A DNA stretch of 64,000 nucleotides from Desulfocapsa sp. (GTDB taxonomy: Bacteria > Desulfobacterota > Desulfobulbia > Desulfobulbales > Desulfocapsaceae). The notes beneath the pieces are model-generated. The model made no database searches. It saw only the letters and a list, made by a program, of their open reading frames with translations, and was not told the origin of the DNA. How positions within the stretch are numbered: the stretch's first letter is position 1; every line of letters starts with the position of its first letter. A program made the translations under genes and the position numbers. Of the stretch, positions 60,426 through 64,000 are shown one piece after another. The stretch is taken from the NCBI GenBank assembly GCA_016765495.1, contig JAESPV010000035.1, positions 51,729-115,728 on the forward strand, read 5' to 3'.

Positions 60426-60718
60426 GTTTTTTCTCCTTTATGATTACTCAGAACAGCTGTTGTCCTATCCTCTATCTGTTAAGATGTGTTTTGTCCCCGC
60501 CCACTTTCTCAAAAATATGAGTATATTACTCGCGAAGAGAATACTTTCTGAAGATCAGAAGCTTGCCTACGCTTATGAACGAAATATTGAAATGAAAAGG
60601 TTGATTGCTGCTATATACATGGGTATATAACACTTTTACATCTAAGTTGGACAATAAAAATAGCTGACTGCAATTGCAAGCGACTTGCAAGTTGAAACGC
60701 GGGGATTGCTTCGTGGAC

Positions 60719-61516
60719 ATGCAGCAACAGGATATTGATCAGGATATGAATAACAAAGTAACATTACTAGAGAAGACAGTCATTCTCAGTTCGTCTGGTC
60801 GTGAAGAACGAGAAGAAACACTGGCCATTGAAGAACCATATAAAGTTGCCTTAAACGATAAGGAAATTGGGGCTTCCATGGTTCTTGCCACTGGCCTTGA
60901 AGAATTTGGAGCCGGATTCCTGTTTGGTCAGGGCTATATCACGGAGGTTGGGCAGGTACGAGAGGTACTGGTTTGTCCTGAAGGCCGTATTTCAGTCCAT
61001 GCTGATGTAGAGGAAGGAAGTGAACCGAAAGAGGTTATCATCACCTCCGGTTGTGGCGGTACCGGGAAGATATCCAGAGAAATGCTGGAAGGGGCTTTTG
61101 ATCCCCTGAATGAATGTAGCATTACCCTCAATGAAGTGAACCAGTTTATTCGTGAGATGCTGCAACAATCCCCCCTTGGCCCGACAACGCACTGTGTACA
61201 TGGTTGTGGTTTGTGGGCGGAAGGCAAATTGCAGGGATTTTACGAGGATGTGGGGCGGCATAATGCTGTGGATAAAATCATTGGTGCCATTTTGATGGGT
61301 AAAATTCCGGCCAGCGGTGCCGTCTATACCACAGGCCGTCTTACTTCGGATATGGTTTTAAAGTGTGCCCGTATTGGTCTTCCCATTGTTCTTTCCCGCA
61401 CTTCTCCCTCATCTCTCGGCCTTGCTATTGCACGCCGTGCAGGTGTTACCCTGGCTGGGTATGCCCGACCGGATCGCCTGAATGTTTTTAATGCTCCCGA
61501 ACGGATTATCTGCTGA
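60719..61516 (+). CDS. fdhD: FdhD-family sulfurtransferase (start may be 60746)
   Basis: IEEP, GFLFGQG, SGCG, VHG, EDVGRHNAVDK, TGRLTSDMV.K and GYAR motifs. Confidence 0.9.
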   Translation: MQQQDIDQDMNNKVTLLEKTVILSSSGREEREETLAIEEPYKVALNDKEIGASMVLATGLEEFGAGFLFGQGYITEVGQVREVLVCPEGRISVHADVEEGSEPKEVIITSGCGGTGKISREMLEGAFDPLNECSITLNEVNQFIREMLQQSPLGPTTHCVHGCGLWAEGKLQGFYEDVGRHNAVDKIIGAILMGKIPASGAVYTTGRLTSDMVLKCARIGLPIVLSRTSPSSLGLAIARRAGVTLAGYARPDRLNVFNAPERIIC

Positions 61517-61696
61517 TTGTGCCACCCTTTCGGGTCTGGTGCAGCTTGGAAAAGCTGTGGCCATAACTCAATATACAGGGAGGCACCTTGACAAGACCCC
61601 AATTGAGGCAAAGAGTGGTAATTGGACAGTTGTAAACATGAAAAAGAGTGGAAAGTGATACCCCTTAAGGGAAAACAACTCCAGCGGAGGAAAACA

Positions 61697-61963
61697 ATGG
61701 CAAACGAAACAAATACACTTGAGGCAATGAAGGATTCAATTGAACAACTGCGTGATGAGATTAAGCTCAAAGCGCACCTTGGCAAGACAGAAGCAGTAGA
61801 GGAGTTGAATAAACTGGACAAAAAATGGGACGATTTTCTTGTGCAATACAAGCCTGTTGCTGAAGAAGCGGGCAGAGTTGCTGAAAATGCCGGTGCAGCC
61901 CTTGGACTTGCCGCCGATGAACTTAAGGCAGGCTATCAGCGTATTCGTAAACTTTTAAAATAA
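61697..61963 (+). CDS. Small conserved helical hypothetical protein
   Basis: GGAGG RBS; LRDEIKLKAHLG...DELKAGYQRIRK. Confidence 0.75.
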   Translation: MANETNTLEAMKDSIEQLRDEIKLKAHLGKTEAVEELNKLDKKWDDFLVQYKPVAEEAGRVAENAGAALGLAADELKAGYQRIRKLLK

Positions 61964-62152
61964 TATTCGTCAATTTCACACCCATGGGTTCCGTCTGGCT
62001 ATATCATATAAGGTCCTTTTGCTTAAAAACTGTCTGCATGTTGCTAACATGTACTGTGCCTGATACAGCATGCTCTTTCTTATATGAAATATGAAATAGT
62101 CAGGCTCCACTGGTGAAGTTGACAAACAACTTTTAGCAACCAGGAGACAATA

Positions 62153-62731
62153 ATGTATTGGAATTGGAAAATGGGCGGAATGATGCTCGGCCTCAGTTTT
62201 TTTCTTGCGGTTGCTCTGATTAAACCAATCGGGGTTTCAACTCAGTTCGTTATTGCCGGTGGGATCATGGCTGCAGCAGTTAATCCATCCCTTGTGCAAA
62301 AAGATGAGAAGACTCAATCCGGCTACAGCAGCACCAATGCCTACCTGAACAAATCAGGCGGCAAGTACGCCAAGGCTGTTGCCAAGCCCTTAACCTACAG
62401 CTTTGTTTTTGTTCTGAGCATGTTTTTAGGCGGCTTAATTGGTCGGCTTTTCACTAAAAATAAACAGAATAATCCCGTTGTGCGTCAGGTGCCCGTTGTT
62501 CATTCACGCCGTTTTGGAAACAATGCAATGCTTCGTTATACACTGAGCTTTGCAGGAGGTGTTATAGTCCTCTGGGGTGCCCGACTGGCAGGTGGCTGTA
62601 CCAGTGGCCACATGATGAGTGGTATCATGCAGACCTCGGTCAGCGGCTACCTTTTTGCTGCGGCAACTTTTCTGATAGCCATACCAACTGCTCTGCTCTT
62701 TTATAAATCCGGGGAGACCGATAATGAATGA
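62153..62731 (+). CDS. YeeE/YedE-family sulfur-compound transporter subunit
   Basis: KPIGVS and GARLAGGCTSGH motifs; multi-TM. Confidence 0.88.
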   Translation: MYWNWKMGGMMLGLSFFLAVALIKPIGVSTQFVIAGGIMAAAVNPSLVQKDEKTQSGYSSTNAYLNKSGGKYAKAVAKPLTYSFVFVLSMFLGGLIGRLFTKNKQNNPVVRQVPVVHSRRFGNNAMLRYTLSFAGGVIVLWGARLAGGCTSGHMMSGIMQTSVSGYLFAAATFLIAIPTALLFYKSGETDNE

Positions 62732-63302
62732 TATACTACTTGCAGTTTTTCTGGGAGCTCTGTTCGGCTTTGTCCTGCAACGGATCGGTGCTGCAGATCC
62801 TGACAAAATCATCAACATGCTGTGCCTGAAAGACCTGCACCTGATGAAAACCATCCTCGCCGGTATCGGTGTCTCTTCGATTCTGCTTTTTGCCGGAATG
62901 ACCACAGGGCTACTGGACAGTGGTCATCTCAGTGTGAAATCCATGTACTGGGGAGTGGTGATCGGCGGAGTCCTGCTTGGAATTGGTTGGGGAATGTCCG
63001 GTTTCTGCCCGGGAACCGGTGTAGTGGCTGCTGGCAGCGGCAGAATAGATGCACTTATATTTGTGTTTGGTGGCCTGGTCGGGGCTGGATTATTTACCGT
63101 CATGTATGGAACCTTAAAATCTACTTTCCTGATGAAGTCCCTCTTTGGTGGTAAAACAACACTTGCTCAAACCGGTGAGTATCAGGCTCTCCTGACCAGT
63201 GTTCCGGGCTGGGCGGTTGCCATCATCATTGGAATCGCCCTCGTCGCGATTGCCGGAATACTGCCAGACACTCCAGGGAGGAAAGATATGAACTCCCTAT
63301 AG
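62724..63302 (+). CDS. YeeE/YedE-family sulfur-compound transporter subunit
   Basis: GALFGFVL and GIGWGMSGFCPGT motifs; overlaps the previous gene. Confidence 0.88.
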   Translation: MNDILLAVFLGALFGFVLQRIGAADPDKIINMLCLKDLHLMKTILAGIGVSSILLFAGMTTGLLDSGHLSVKSMYWGVVIGGVLLGIGWGMSGFCPGTGVVAAGSGRIDALIFVFGGLVGAGLFTVMYGTLKSTFLMKSLFGGKTTLAQTGEYQALLTSVPGWAVAIIIGIALVAIAGILPDTPGRKDMNSL

Positions 63303-63706
63303 ACCATGTTCCTCCTGGTTGCTATCCTGCTCTATGAAACCAGACCCCATAACTCTACCCCCCCCCTTGCTGCTGCCGGATTTACAGTAAGGGTAAGAGC
63401 CTGCGACTATGGCTCTTCTGACTTGCTCCCATCGTCGGTGCTCTCCTGGCAGGGGTGGTATATCGATGCTTTGAAAAAGAGTAGATTACTCAGGTTGTAG
63501 GTTGTATCGCGCATCAACGCTGGAGATCAGGACGAAATCCAGCGTTGATGCACTGATATATGAGAAAACTCTGACATCTTTTTTCAATCGAGATCTACAG
63601 ATTTTACTTGCAGGGAAGCGTGTACCTCTTGCTCTACTGCGTACAGAAGCACCTGTTTTCCCACTCCTCTTTTTGTTTTGTTTTTAATAGGTTAAAGGTG
63701 ATTTTC

Positions 63707-64000
63707 ATGCTAAAGTTCAAAACGTTTCGTTTATGCCCCCTTCTTCTTTTACTATCCCTGTTGGTTAGCCCTCAGTTACACTCTGAAGAACTGAATAGCT
63801 GGCCAAGGGATGTGAAAGTCTCTTCTGGTTCCATCACCATTTACCAACCCCAGGTTGAATCACTAGAGGGCAATGTCTTAAAGGGTAGAGCAGCAATTGC
63901 CTATACTGCCTCCGGCAGTGATTCTCCGGTATTTGGTGCTGCCTGGTTTACATCTCAGGTACAAATTGATCGGGAGAGCGGTACTGTTCACTATGAAACC
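63707..64000 (+). CDS. Exported protein, N-terminal part (runs off window)
   Basis: Manual translation MLKFKTFRLCPLLLLLSLLVSPQLHSEELNSWPRDV..ITIYQPQVE..GRAAIA..PVFG; signal peptide; AAGGTG RBS. Confidence 0.75.
   Translation, partial: MLKFKTFRLCPLLLLLSLLVSPQLHSEELNSWPRDVKVSSGSITIYQPQVESLEGNVLKGRAAIAYTASGSDSPVFGAAWFTSQVQIDRESGTVHYET

Noticed and set aside
63525-63580. Hammerhead-ribozyme-like words (GGACGAAA, CTGA..TGAG)
   Set aside because: The core CUGAUGA is interrupted and the order and stems do not fit a hammerhead.

Overview
64 kb of a bacterial chromosome. Gene content suggests an anaerobic Desulfobacterota member, probably Desulfobulbales-like (inference only). From left to right: (1) a type II secretion cluster gspF-G-H-I-J-K-L' on the minus strand, with exeA/gspB nearby; (2) envelope and signalling genes, rmuC, an mltF-like gene and a TAXI receptor; (3) a ~7.7 kb decaying anti-phage/anti-DNA island just downstream of tRNA-Met(CAT), holding an Abi_2-like remnant, a broken SauUSI-like PLD-helicase-DUF3427 gene, a NUDIX gene, a SAM methyltransferase and a frameshifted nuclease-helicase-HTH-S24 autoprotease fusion; (4) groES-groEL and ilvE; (5) a tungsten/molybdopterin aldehyde:ferredoxin oxidoreductase operon; (6) an intact four-gene Wadjet type II-like system; (7) chemoreceptors and a hybrid kinase; (8) an unusual operon cooS-aspA-orf189-hydE-hydF, with fdhD divergent and a YeeE/YedE pair beyond it. 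In that operon a Ni-CO dehydrogenase sits where hydG, the CO/CN-ligand-making maturase, normally sits. The 67 bp spacer retains what looks like the eroded C-terminus of hydG. The best candidates for undescribed biology are this CODH-linked, HydG-less maturase operon and the putatively RecA-cleavable nuclease-helicase with its methyltransferase. All calls come from motif reading; no searches were run.
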